A stretch of DNA of 64,000 nucleotides from Anaeramoeba ignava BMAN (GCA_028826165.1 JAPDFW010000081.1:124001-188000); one strand, 5' to 3'; shown: positions 13,477 through 27,073, counted from the stretch's first letter. The notes: a model not told the origin generated them from the letters alone. Translations and numbers: made by a program.

Positions 13477-15383
13477 ATGGGTAATGCAATAAATTCATGT
13501 GTTTTTGTTCCACCAGTTCAAGTACCAGAAATTAACACAGAAAATACAGAGTTTGTTTTAACAAAAAATGGACATAAAATACCAGTTGCTTGGTATACAC
13601 CACAAAAAAAGAATTCATCAATTCTTGAAACAAAAAATTTAAATGATTTAAATGCAAGAAATAATTCAAACAATTTCAATTTTGGTCTTAGAGAATTTTT
13701 GAAGCATTTTCCTGAGTTTTCTCGCAATAAATCCCAAAATTCTTCACTTGCAAAAACTCATTCTAAAAGAAAAGATAATCAAAATAGTTCTTGGACAATT
13801 ATTTTTAGTCATGGAAATGCTGAGTCTATTACTTTACTTTCTGATTGGGCTCAAAGGCTTGCTGAAATTTTAACTGTTAATGTTCTTCTTTATGAGTATT
13901 CTGGTTATCCTTATGCAGAAGGAGAAGTAAATTCAATTCAATTCAATTCAATTAAATTCAAAATTCAATTCAATTCAATTCAATATTTAATTCAATTCAA
14001 TTCAATTCAATATTTAATTCAATTCAATTCAATTCAATATTTAATTCAATTTAAAATTCAAAATTCAATTCATTTCAAAATTAAATTCAAAATTCAATCC
14101 AATTCAATTAAAAATTCAATTCAATTCAATTCAATATTTAATTCAATATTCAATTCAATATTCAATTTAAAATTCAAAATAAAATTCAAAATTCAATTTA
14201 ATTCAAATTCAAAATTCAATTAAATTCAATATTCAATTTAATTCAATTCAATATTCAATTTAATTCAATTAAATTCAATTCAATTCAATTCAATTTAATT
14301 CAATATTCAATTTAATTCAATATTCAATTCAATTCAATATTTAATTCAATTCAATTCAAATCAAAATTCAATTCAATTCAATTCAATTTAAAATTCAATT
14401 CAATTCAATTCAATTTAATTCAATATTCAATTCAAAATTCAATTCAATATTCAATTCAATTCAATTCAATTCAATTCAATTCAATTCAATTCAATTAAAT
14501 TCAATTCAATTCAAAATTCAATTCAATTCAATATTCAATTCAATTCAATATTCAATTCAATTCAATTCAATATTCAATTCAATATTCAATTCAAAATTCA
14601 ATTCAACTCAAAATTCAATTCAATTTAAAATTCAATTCAATATTCAATTCAATTCAATATTCAATTCAATTCAATTCAATATTCAATTCAATTCAATTCA
14701 ATATTCAATTAAATTCAATTTAAAATTAAAATTCAATTAAAAATTCAATTCAAAATTAAAATTCAAATTTCAAAATCAATTATAAATTAAAACTAAAAAA
14801 GTGTTCGGAAAAAAATACATATGCATGTATTGAAAGAGCATTTGAATATGCAGTAAAAGAAAAGCATATAAATCAAGATCACATAATCCTAATGGGATTT
14901 TCATTAGGAACAGGAGCTACAACTCACATTGCAACAGAAAAAGATGTAGCAGGAGTAATTCTAGTGTCTTCATTCACATCATGCGTTAGAACACAAGTTG
15001 AATTATCATATTTATCAATAATTGATCAATTCACAAACATTACAAAAGCAGCCAAAATTAAAAGTCCAACTCTTTTAATTCATGGAACAGACGATCAAAG
15101 AATTCCAATAAGACATGCAAAAGAACTTTATTCAAAACTCAAAAAACCTGTCGAACCCGTTTGGATTGAAGGTGCTGACCATTGTAATATGGATGAAGGC
15201 AATTTTGGTGACCAGTTTTATGCTGCTTTGAATAATTTCTTGGATTGGTTAAGGCTTGAAAGGCGAAAAAAGAAAAAAAATATTTATAAAAGACGTTCAA
15301 GATTTACTCGTAAATTAGTTTCTGAACGTTATGTTCCTTCTGTTAAAAAAACTCTTTCTAAAAAAGGTTGGATTGATATTTAA
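13477..15383 (+). CDS. ABHD17-like alpha/beta hydrolase (depalmitoylase family); exons 13477-13927, 14802-15383
   Basis: IIFSHGNAE, YEYSGY, nucleophile GFSLG, LIHGTDD, WIEGADH. N-terminal MGNAINSC is a likely acylation site. Confidence 0.88.
13930..14780. repeat. (AATTC)n pentamer array in the hydrolase intron
   Basis: Direct reading of the sequence. Confidence 0.92.
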
Positions 15384-15484
15384 ATGCTTTTTTATGGAAG
15401 AAAAATTTTAATTTTAATTTTAATTTTAATTTTAATTAAAATTTGAAAGAAAAATTTTAATTTTAATTTTTATTTTGAAAAAAA

Positions 15485-15524
<40 letters not shown>

Positions 15525-15558
15525 TGGAATGATTAAAAAAAAAATGAGTTCTTCTTTT

Positions 15559-18500
15559 TTAAACTTTGAAATGATAATTAAATCTAGCAGATGCTTGTTT
15601 TGCAAGTTCTTCTCGATGAGCTTTTAAAAAAAGAAATTAAAAAAAGAAATTAAAAAAGAAATTTTAAAAAGAATTTGTTTTTGAATAATAATTACCTGGA
15701 TGAGCAATTGAGATTAAAAGTTGAGCTCTTTGAATTAAAGATTTTCCATGAAGGTTAACAATTCCATATTCAGTTGCAACGTAATGAATATGATTTCGAG
15801 AAGTTACAACACCTGCTCCATTTGATAAACCAATTACAATTCTTGATTTTCCTTTATTTGTTACTGAAGGAAGTGCGATAATTGGTTTTCCCCTTTCTGA
15901 TAATGAAGCACCTTTATAATAAAATAACAGTAAAGGAATTTTTAATATTTTGAATATTTTGAATATTTAATTTAAATATTTTGAATATTTTGAATATTTA
16001 ATTTGAATATTTTGAATATTTAATTTGAATATTTAATTTGAATATTTAATTTGAATATTTAATTTGAATATTTAATTTGAATATTTAATTTGAATATTTA
16101 TTTTGAATATTTATTTTGAATATTTATTTTGAATATTTATTTTGAATATTTATTTTGAATAATTTAAATATTTATTTTGAATATTTATTTTAAATATTTA
16201 ATTTGAATATTTTGAATATTTTGAATATTTATTTTAAATATTAATTTGAATATTTAATTTGAATATTTATTTTAAATATTTATTTTGAATATTTAATTGA
16301 ATAATTAATTTGAATAATTAATTTGAATATTTAATTTGAATATTTAATTTGAATATTTAATTTAAATATTTATTTTAAATATTTATTTTGAATATTTATT
16401 TTGAATATTTAATTTGAATATTTTACCTCGAATAAAATCATTTTGTCCTCCAACTCCTGAATACATTTTCATTCCAAGTGAATCTGCACAAGCTTGTCCA
16501 GTAATATCGATTTCTAAAGCTCCATTAATAGCAGTAACTTTTGGATTTTTTGAAATAATTCTAGGATCATTTGTAATTGCGCAATCATCCATATGAATAA
16601 GTGGATTATTATGCTTTAAAAAATAAAAATAAAAATAAAGATAAAAATAAAAATAAAAATAAAGATAAAAATTAAAGAATAAAAAAATCTTACAATAAAT
16701 TGATACATTCTTTGAGTTCCCATTACAAATGTTGCCAAAATTCTTCCAGGCATAAATTTCTTTTTTGAGTTATTAATAACTCCTTTAGCAACTAAATCAA
16801 TAACTCCTTCAGCAAATCTTAAATAATAATAAAATGATTTTTTTTTTGAATTTTAAATTGAATAAATTATATTTTGAAAATATCTTGAAAATATCTTTGA
16901 TGAATACAATTCGGTATGAATACCAAGATCTTTATGATTAGTTAAATTTGCTAAAACAGCATCAGGAAGTGTTCCAATTCCCATTTGAAGTGTAGCTCCA
17001 TCTTCAACAATAGAAGCTCTAAAATTTTATAATTTTTCAATCAATTAAAAAAAAATTGGAATAAAAATTGGAATAAAAAATCAAATAATTTTTCAATTAT
17101 CATTTTGAAATCATTTTGAAATCATTTTGAAATTATACATGTTTGCTGCAATTTGTTTTGTAATTTCTGTAGTTTTTGGTGGGTGAAATTCAGGTATTTT
17201 TGAATCAACTTCAACATATTTTTCAATTTTGCTTAAATGAATAAAACTATTTCCAAGTGAACGTGGCATATTTGGATTAATTTGTGCAATAATATGTTTT
17301 GAACTTTCAAAGGCAGCTCTTGTTGCTCCAATCTTAATTGAAATGATATAAACGATTAGATATTAATTATTAATGAAAAATATTTGAAAAAGAAAATTTT
17401 CAGTTTTTATGAATAAATACCTCAACTAGAAAATTTTTTTTATTTCAACACAAAATTAAAGTAAATTGAAAAATGAGAATTTTTGATGTTGGTTTTTGTT
17501 GAAATAATCGAGTAAAATATTAATTACCACCACTAAAAATTTGAAAACAAAAATTGAATTGAATTGAATTGAATTGAATTGAATTTAATTTTGAATTGAA
17601 TTGAATTGAATTGAATTGAATTGAATTGAATTGAATTGAATTGAATTGAATATTGAATTGAATTTTGAAATGAATTTTGAAATGAATTTTGAAATGAATT
17701 GAATTGAATTGAATTGAAATTAATTTTGAATTGAATTTTGAATTGAATTGAATTGAATTGAATATTGAATTGAATTGAAATGAATTGAATTGAATTGAAT
17801 ATTGAATTGAATTGAAATGAATTGAATTGAATTGAATTGAAATGAATTGAATTTTGAATGAAATGAATTGAATTTTGAAATTGAATTGAATTGAATTGAA
17901 TTGGAATTGAATTTCGATTGAATTTGAATTTTGGAATTGAATTGAATTTGAATTGAATTGAATTTGAATTGAATTGAAATTTGAATTTTGAATTGAATTG
18001 AATTGAATTTAATTGAATTTTGGATTGAATTAAATTTTGGATTATGAATTGAAATGAATTTTGAATTTGAAAGAAATTACAGAGAACACTAAATATAAAA
18101 TACAGTAAATAAGTAAATAAAATAAATTAAAATCAAAATTAAAATCAAAATCAAAATGAAAATGTACATTTCCATGTTCATCAGGGGGAGAAACATTCAA
18201 AAAAGTCCAATCTATTGGAATATAATTTTTTCGGAAAAGATCAGGAATTTCTGAAAGGAAACAAGGAGTATAAGTTGCTCTTCCTTCAGCAACAGCTTTT
18301 CGTGTATTTTTATCAATAAATCCAACATTTGGCCAAAAAGAATCTTTAACATCTGGATGTGCATGATAAACATCTCCTTCTAAATGAATATGATATACTT
18401 CAACATTTCGGAATTCATTTGCTCTGTTTTTAAGTGCTTTCATTAAAGTACTTGGATTAGCTGCAATACTATTAATTTTGAATTTAAAATTAAAATTCAT

Positions 18501-19126
18501 TTATAAAATTAAAATTAAAATTAAAATTCATTTATAAAATTAAAATTAAAATTAAAATTAAAATTAAAATTAAAATTAAAATTAAAATTAAAATTAAAAT
18601 TCATTTATAAAATTAATATTAAAATTAAAATTAAAATTAAAATTAAAATTAAAATTCATTTATAAAATTATAATTAAAATTAAAATTAATATTAATATTA
18701 AAATTAAAATTAAAATTAATATTAAAATTAAAATTAAAATTAAAATTAAAATTAAAATTAAAATTCATTTTTAAAATTAAAATTAATATTTATTTGGAAA
18801 TTGGAATTGAAGTTTTAAACCTGTGAAGATAAAGTCTGTCTCCTGATTTAATATCTTTAACACATTCTTCTGGTGTATTAACTTTTTGGGATGTTATCGC
18901 TTTTAGATTAAAAAAATTTTTTATCAATTTCGATTTTTTAATTTTTAATTTTTAATTTTTTAATTTTTTTAATTTTTGCTCAGTCATGATTAAATGAGAT
19001 GGAAAAAAAAAATGTTAAAAAAATTAAAATTAAATATTTACTATGAGCTAATCTAATTGGTAATTTTGGTGTAACTGAAATTAAACTTTTAACAGAAGAT
19101 CTTTTTTTTGGAATAATTTTCAACAT
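15559..19126 (-). CDS. Acetyl-CoA hydrolase/transferase family protein (acetate:succinate / 4-hydroxybutyrate CoA-transferase type) with N-terminal targeting-like leader; 12 exons including 3 microexons
   Basis: Spliced protein: YTPCFLSEIPDLFR, VSPPDEHGNCSLGVE, IAQINPNMPR, VEDGATLQMGIGTLPDAVL, DLGIHTE, AINGALEIDITGQACADSLG, YSGVGGQNDFIRGA, GAGVVTSR..IHYVATEYG. Confidence 0.93.
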
Positions 19127-19334
19127 GATTAAAAAAAAGAAAAGAAATGAAATAAAAATTTAGAAAGAAAAAAAATGAAAAAAAAAAAACTAAAAAAAAA
19201 TTTTTTTAAAATAAAATAAAATAAAAATAAACAAAAATGACCCCCAAATAATAAATAAAAAATAAAAATAATAAATTAAAAATATTTCATTTTTTTCTTT
19301 TTTAAAAAAAAAACAAAAATCAAATCTTTTTCAA

Positions 19335-19568
19335 ATGAACGTTCATATTGAATTTTGTCTTGTTTGAAATTATGATCCTGAATTCGCCGATTTAAAGAAT
19401 GCTTTAGAAAAGGAATTTCCAGATATTAAAGTCAAAGGAAATGAAAAAGAACCAAGAGTTGGAGCTTTTGAAGTAACAGTGAATGGTAAATTGATTTATT
19501 CGAAACTGAAAACACATGAATTCCCAAGTAATAAAGAGATTATTCAATCGATTAAGAAACTAAAATAA
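19335..19568 (+). CDS. SelW/SelT/SelH (Rdx family) selenoprotein, 77 aa; TGA at 19365-19367 read as Sec
   Basis: MNVHIEFCLV-U-NYDPEF...PRVGAFEVTVNGKLIYSKLKTHEFP: a CxxU motif plus the Rdx GAFEV..NG.LIYSK motif, with a SECIS downstream. Confidence 0.93.
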
Positions 19569-19665
19569 GGAAACAATCTACTTTTTACTTTTTACTTTTT
19601 ACTTTTTACTTTTTACTTTCAATCCAATTTCATCATCTTTTTTTTTTCTTTTTCTTTTCTTTTTA

Positions 19666-19740
19666 GTTGTAAAAAAGAGACAATGAAATAACCAACTAAA
19701 ACTCTTTTTGAGCTGATGGTTGTTGAAATCTCATTACAAC
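19666..19740 (+). promoter_or_regulatory. Eukaryotic SECIS element (form 2) in the selenoprotein 3' UTR
   Basis: Helix I gttgtaa/ttacaac and gaga/tctc; ATGA at 19683 pairing with GA at 19725; helix II aataacca/tggttgtt; apical AAA followed by ctc/gag mini-stem. Confidence 0.9.
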
Positions 19741-19835
19741 AAAAAAGATTTAATAAAAAAAAAAAAAGGAGATTGAACCTAAAATACAAAAACATTTTTC
19801 ATTTTTTATTTTTTTCATTTTTATTTCAATAAAAA

Positions 19836-21280
19836 ATGGAAAATTATTTAAATTTAGAAAAACTTTCAAATGATTTAAAAAATTTATTTCAAAATGAAAA
19901 TGAAAAGAAGAAAGTTATTTTGATTTTGAAATAATTTGTGAACAAAATCAAATTTCATTTAAAACTCATAAATCAATTCTTTCTTCAAGAAGTCAATATT
20001 TTAAATCTCTTTTTAAATCCAAAATGAAGGAATATCAAGAAAATAAAATGATTCTAAAAGATGTTTCAAGTTCAATTCTATTTTCAATTTTGAACTATTT
20101 TTATTCAGGAAGAATTGAAATTAATTTAGAAAATGCAATTCAAATTTTAATTTTTTCTTCCAAATATTTAATTGATGAATTAATTGAAATTTGTTCAAAT
20201 TTTATCAAAAACAATTTTCAATTTGAAACTGTTGTTGATGTTCTTAAATTATCTGAATCAATGAACTTCAATCAGTTATTGGATTTTTGTTATCAATTTA
20301 TTTTGGATAATTTTGAAGAATTTATCAAAACTTCATTTTTTCTTGAACTTAAAGAAAATCATTTAAACTCAATATTATCAAATGATGAAATTCCAATAAA
20401 TGAATTTGAAATGTTTCAAGCAATAATAAAATGGGGAAAACATGAATCAAATATTAATCAAGTTTCGAAAGTTATTGATAAAATCAGATTTATTGATTTT
20501 TCAAAAGAAGAACTTGAAGATAGTTTGAAAGAAGATTTAATTCCAAAACAAATTTCAGAAAAATTAATTCAGTTCAAAAAAATTAAAAAGGATAAAAAAG
20601 AATTGAAAGAATTTATTGAAAAAGAAAACCAAGATCAAAATGGAAATTCATTCATTTTCAGAACAAGATTTAGAATGGAATTTAACACAACGATTATTAA
20701 AAGCATTGAATATGTTAAAAAATTAAAAGAATGGATAAACGATGGTGAATTCTTTTCACGAATGAAATTGGGATTTTCAGCAATACAAGATGGATTTGAT
20801 TGTAAGAAATGGCATTCCAAATGTGATAATAAAGGGAAAACATTAGTTATTATCAGAACAGAAGATAATTTTATTTTTGGAGGATTTACTTCAATTGGAT
20901 TTACGAATGATAGATCAAAATGGAGAAAAAAGGATAGAAAAGATTATGGAGGATACATTATTGATCCAAAAGCATTTATTTTTTCATTAAGAAATGATAA
21001 AGATGATAGAAAACCTGAGAAATTCTCAATCCAAAAAGGAGAAGAAGAGTTTGCAATTCTTTATCATGGAAATTTAGGTCCAGTTTTTGGAAGTAATCAA
21101 AATCCATTTGAAGGACCTGATTTTGCTTTAAATAGTAATTTACAATCAGGTTATTCAAATCTTGGAGAAACTTACAATCTCCCAAATGGAATAGAGTATG
21201 GAACAAATGAAACCCAAAATTATTTAACAGGTTCTTATGATAAATGGGAAGTTGATGAACTTGAAACTTATTTTATTTAA
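19836..21280 (+). CDS. BTB-BACK-TLDc protein; apparent 1-nt deletion near 19905
   Basis: FKTHKSILSSRSQYFKSLF (BTB) lies in frame upstream of ORF 20024; C-terminal TLDc (WHSKCDNKGKTLVIIRTEDNFIFGGFT...GPVFG...ELETY). The ATG at 19836 is out of frame by one base. Confidence 0.85.
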
Positions 21281-21308
21281 AAAATAAAATGATATAAAAA
21301 AAAAAATT

Positions 21309-23630
21309 TCAATTAAAATTAACTGATAAAAATTGTTTATATAAAGACATAAATTTAGCCATAAAAGCCTCGATATGGATAATAGGTTTTGTGCCTAATT
21401 TGCTACGGTGTTCAAAGAAGGCTGCCCAGATAATAACTTGCTTTTGCATTTCTCCACCAACTTTTTGAATCAATTCAAGAGTTAATTTTTTGAAAATCAA
21501 ATCTGGAGGGATGCAATGTGTTAGCAACTCGAAAATGGAATTACGCAGAATCAGCAAGCGCGCAGGGGATTGTTCTTCGATCATCAAATGTGCCATTTTG
21601 ATTATCAATTTCTCCCAATCGGGCGGTTGAATGGTCTGATTTTGTGAGAACGGATATTGATCCATTTTTGCCGACTCAAGAATTAAAAGAGCTTTTCGGA
21701 GATTGAATTCAGATTTTTCAATGATTGTATCAGCAAAATAATTTGGGAGTTTGATTCCTTCTTTTTTGCAAGTTTTGTAGAGGACAGTCTTGATTTCCTG
21801 GGAGGATGGGCTTGGGATTCGGATGCCAAGGCATCTGCTTTTGAGAGGATCAATAATGCCAGAAATATTAATGCAATCCATGAATATTCTGCATGTTCTT
21901 GTGTATTTTTCCATTGTTCTTCTCAATGCTTGTTGCGCTTCTTTTGTAAGTTGGTCGACTTCACTTAAAATGACTACTTTGAAGTCGCGTTTTTTTTGAG
22001 TGTTTTCAAGTGTGTTTGTTTTTGGTTTTTCTTTTTGGTTTGTTTTTTTGAATTGCGATTCCAACGTTGATTTTGATTCAACTATAATTGGAGCAGATGA
22101 TGCGATTTCTTTGATGATTTCTTGGATGACTTTTCTGTCGTTTACTCCTGCGTCGCTTGGATTGAGTTCTATATGAAATGGGCTTGAAAGAACTGTTAAT
22201 TCTGTTTTTCCTCCGCTTTTAAATGAAAATTCTCTTTGTGTCATTGAGAGATTTTCAACTTGTGGCCCGTACATTTCTCTTAGTAAACTGAGTATTCTTG
22301 TTTTTTTTCCTGCTCCAGATGGTCCATAAAAGAGAAGGTGTGGGAGATCTTCTGTTTCTGCCTAAAAATTTTTATAATGAATTTTTCAATAAATTTTTTA
22401 ATGAATTTTTTATATAAATTTTTTAATGAATTTTTTAATGAATTTTTATATAAATTTAATTATAAATTTAATTATAAATTTGATTATAAATTTGTTTATA
22501 AATTTAATTATAAATTTGTTTATAAATTTAATTATAAATTTAATTATAAATTTTTATATAAATTTAATTATAAATTTAATTATAAATTTTTTTATAAATT
22601 TGTTTATAAATTTAATTATAAATATAATTATAAATTTGTTTATAAATTTAATTATAAATTTAATTATAAATTTAATTATAAATTTAATTATAAATTTAAT
22701 TATAGATTTAATTATAAATTTAATTATAAATTTAATTATAAATTTGATTATAAATTTAATTATAAATTTAATTATAAATTTAATTATAAATATAATTATA
22801 AATTTAATTATTTAAATAAATATATAAATATAAATTTAATTATAAATTTAAATTTAATTATAAATTTAATTATAAATTTAATTATAAATATAATTATAAA
22901 TTTGTTTTATAAATTTTTAATGAATTTAATTATAAATTTAATTATAAATTTAATCATAAATTTAATTATAAATTTAATCATAAATTTAATTATAAATTTA
23001 ATCATAAATTTAATTATAAATTTAATCATAAATTTAATTATAAATTTAATTATAAATTTAATTATAAATTTAATTATAAATTTAATTATAAATTTAATTA
23101 TAAATTTGATTATAAATTTGTTTATAAATTTAATTATAAATTTAATTATAAATATAATTATAAATTTAATTATAAATTTAATTATAAATTTAATTATAAA
23201 TTTGTTTATAAATTTAATTATAAATTTAATTATAAATTTAATTATAAATTTAATTATAAATTTAATTATAAATTTAATTATAAATTTAATTATAAATTTA
23301 ATTATAAATTTGTTTATAAATTTTTTATATAAATATAATTATAAATTTGATTATAAATATAATTATAAATTTAATTATAAATTTAATTATAAATTTAATT
23401 ATAAATTTAATTATAAATTTAATTATAAATTTAATTATAAATTTAATTATAAATTTGTTTATAAATTTAATTATAAATCTAATTATAAATTTAATTATAA
23501 ATTTAATTATAAATTTAATTATAAATGTTTTGAAATTTGTTTTTACAAGTTCTTTGAGATGTGGTGTTAATTTTTTATGTATATCTAATTCTTCAAGTTT
23601 TTTGGGTCGATATTTATCAAGAAATAACAT
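21309..23630 (-). CDS. RFC3: Replication factor C subunit 3 (yeast Rfc5 type); exons 23630-23547, 22361-21309
   Basis: DKYRPKKL, LPHLLFYGPSGAGKKT, HIELNPSDAG..DR.VIQEIIKEIA, AQQALRRTMEKY, PLKSRCL, IHIEAFMAKFM. Confidence 0.95.
22370..23525. repeat. 12-bp tandem repeat (aatttaattata)n in the RFC3 intron
   Basis: Direct reading; it produces the spurious KFNY/INLI ORFs. Confidence 0.93.
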
Positions 23631-23759
23631 TTTTAAATTTTGTTTTTTTTTTTCTTTTCTTTTTTATTTTATATTTTTGATTTGGAAAAAATGAAAAAAA
23701 TGAAAAAAATTTTTTTAATCTTTTTTCATTTTTTCTTTTTTCTTTTTTCTTTCTTTTTA

Positions 23760-25118
23760 ATGAAATCATATTTTATTGGAGGTTTAGTTGGATATCTTGT
23801 TCTTTGGTTATTTTCTGTTGTAAAAATTAATGAAGTTTCCAAAAAAAAAAACTAAAAAAATTTTTTTCATTTTTAATTTAATTCAATTTAATTCATTTTT
23901 TAAGATTGGTTTAATCAGACTTTATATATCAAAAAAACGATTATATCCATATTCTAAATTGCAAATTCATTTTCACATTTTACTTTTCTGTTTTTTAATA
24001 GGTTTATAATTTTGATTAAAATTAAATTTGAAATTAAAATAAAAATAAAAGAAATTAAATTTGTTTTTTTTTTTGGAATGAAATTTATTAATAATAGTCC
24101 GAATTGTCTGGATATGTTTTGAGGGTTCATCAGATATTACAGCTTTATTAATTCTAAATCGATATGCTTGTACAGGATTTTTTACAACTTTTACATATAT
24201 AATTTTTTTTTGGTAAATTATAATAATTAAAAAATAATTAAAAAAAAGAAAAAGAAAAATTGAGAAGAAAAAAATTTTTTTTTCTTGATTAAAAAAAAGG
24301 GCTGAAATTTATCACTTTTTATCACATCTTTCATATCGAATTGGATTAGATAAGTTGAAAATTCCTTTTATTATTGTTAATGTTTGTCTTTATATTGCCA
24401 CAACTGTTTATTCCATAATTTTTATTGATGACGAAGTTACTCATCGAAAAAGAGGTAATTCAGATCCTATTTATAATTCAAGTGTTCTTTTGATTGCTGC
24501 AATTTCTTTTGTTGCATCTCTTGGATTTCTTGTTTACGGATTTTTATTATTAAGACAAATCAAGGTTTTTATCTCAAGAATCTAATCAATATTAAATATT
24601 AAATATTAAATATTAAATATTAAATATTAAATATTAATTATTAAATAAATATTAACTAAATATTAAATATTAAATATTAAATATTAAATATTAAATATTT
24701 AAATTGAAATCCAAAAGAAAGCAATATCTGTTGTTTCAAGCAAAAAGAAATCATTAGTTAGAATGGGAATTTTTACAGTAATATTTAGTTTATGTTTCCT
24801 TTGTCGATTTATTATTCTCCTTTATCGACCAATTACAAATAAATTCTTAGCTGAAGGAGTAAAATATTAATATTAATATCAACAAAAAAAAAATTCAAAG
24901 AAATTATTTTAATCAATGAATAATTTTTTCTCAAATCAAAATAGCTTTATTTTTCATTATCTTATTATATTCCAGAAATGGTTCCATCTTTAATTCAATT
25001 AAGTGTAATGTTTCCAAGCTTTCCAAAAAGTTTTATTCAACCAATTCAAGAAAAAGAAACAATTTTCCAAAATCAAGATGATGAATCTTTACAACCTTAT
25101 TTTTTACAAACAAATTAA
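23760..25118 (+). CDS. TOM1/THH1/GPR137-like multi-pass (7TM-like) membrane protein; 6 exons
   Basis: Spliced protein has ~7 hydrophobic segments with FFTTFTYIIFFWAEIYH, LGFLVYGFLL, CFLCRF and YYIPEMVPS motifs. Confidence 0.75.
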
Positions 25119-25413
25119 AATTACAATTAATATTTTTTTATTTCCAAATTCTTCCAATTTGTTTTTGTTTCTTTTTCTTTTCTATTTTTTTTTGGATCGT
25201 TAGAATTTGTGATTAAATTCATTAAATAATAAAAGAAATAAATGAAATAAATGAAATAAATGATTTAACGAATAAAAATAACTAAAAGAAAAATAAAAAC
25301 AAAAACTATTTAAAATTGAAAGAAAAGGAAATTTTTTTTATCCATTTTTCTTTTCGTTTTTTTTTTTGATTTAATTTAATTTACAAAATAAAAGAGAAAT
25401 AACGATAAAAATT

Positions 25414-27073
25414 ATGTCAGGGATTAAAGTAGTTTGTTTAGAAGGACCACATGGAGCTGGAAAGACTTCATTAACAGCACAATTTACAGAAGCTGGATTT
25501 TTAACTTTAGATGAAGCTTTTCTTGATCTTGAAAGTGATGCACTTCATCCTCAAACTTTAACAATGGAAGTTCATTGGTCTAGTTGTTGGTTTCAAAGAA
25601 TCTTAAAAATTGCTCATAAATTAAAAAAGTCTGAAGAAAGTAAAGATAAAAATATTGTTCTTGTTGCAGATCGTTCACCTTTTTCTGCAGTTTATTGTAA
25701 GAAAAATTGAAAAATAAAAATAAAAATAAAAATTATAATTATAATTAAAATAAAAATTCATTTATAAAATTAAAATTAAAATTAAAATTAAAATCGGATA
25801 AAAATTAAAATTATAATTAAAATTATAATTAATATTAAATTTAAAAAAATTAAAATTAAAATTAAAATTAAAATTAAAATTAAAAATTAAAATTAAAATT
25901 AAAATTAAAATTAAAATTAAAAATTAAAATTAAAATTAAAATTAAAATTAAAATTAAAATTAAAATTAAAATTAAAATTAAAATTAAAATTAAAATTAAA
26001 ATTAAAATTAAAATTAAAATTAAAATTAAAATTAAAATTAAAATTAAAATTAAAATTAAAATCGGATAAAAATAAAATTAAAAATTCAAATTAAAAATTC
26101 ATTTTAAAATTAAAATTAAAATTCATTCATAAAATTAAAATTCATTCATAAAATTAAAATTCATTCATAAAATTAAAATTCATTCATAAAATTAAAATTC
26201 ATTCATAAAATTAAAATTCATTCATAAAATTAAAATTCATTCATAAAATTAAAATTCATTCATAAAATTAAAATCGGATAAAAAATTAAAATTAAAATTA
26301 AAATTAAAATTATAATTATAATAAAAATTCATTTATAAAATTAAAATTAAAAATTAAAATTAAAATCGGATAAAATTAAAATTATAATTAAAATTATAAT
26401 TAATATTAAAATTATAAAATTAAAATTAAAAATTAAAATTAAAATCGGTTAAAATTAAAAATTATAATTAAAATTAAAATTAATATTAAAATTAAAAATA
26501 AAATTAAAATTAAAAATAAAATTAAAATTAAAATTAAAATTAAAATTAAAATTAAAATTAAAATTAAAATTAAAATTAAAATTAAAATTAAAATTAAAAT
26601 TAAAATTATAATTAAAATTCATTCATAAAATTAAAATTAAAATTATAATTAAAATTCATTCATAAAATTAAAATCGGATAAAAAATTAAAATTAAAATAT
26701 ATAAGACGCAAAAAATGGTTATTTACTTGAACCAGTAATAAAAGCACAAATCAAAGAATTAAGAGACCTTGCAAATATTTCAATTTATACAGTTTATATC
26801 AAAGTTGAAAAAGAAAAATTATGGGAAAGAATTCAAGAAAGATTAAAAGAAGAACCAGAAAGAAAGGCTTATAACGAAGATTCCCGAGATTGGTTCGAAA
26901 AAACTGTTGAATTTTATGATAATTTTCATTGGGATATTTCTATTGAAAATAATGAAGAAAGTATTTCAAAAGCAAAAGTTGCTTTAATAAAACTTTTAAC
27001 AAAAGAAACAATTTTAGAACAACAACCACAAGAAATCCAACAAAAAACACAATCAAATTCACTTAAAATTTGA
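25414..27073 (+). CDS. P-loop nucleoside/nucleotide kinase (thymidylate/dNMP kinase-like); exons 25414-25697, 26706-27073
   Basis: VVCLEGPHGAGKT Walker A, VADRSPFS motif, lid LWERIQERL...R. Confidence 0.75.

Noticed and set aside
22338-23694. 410-aa and overlapping KFNY/INLI ORFs
   Set aside because: Translations of a stop-free 12-bp repeat inside the RFC3 intron on the opposite strand.
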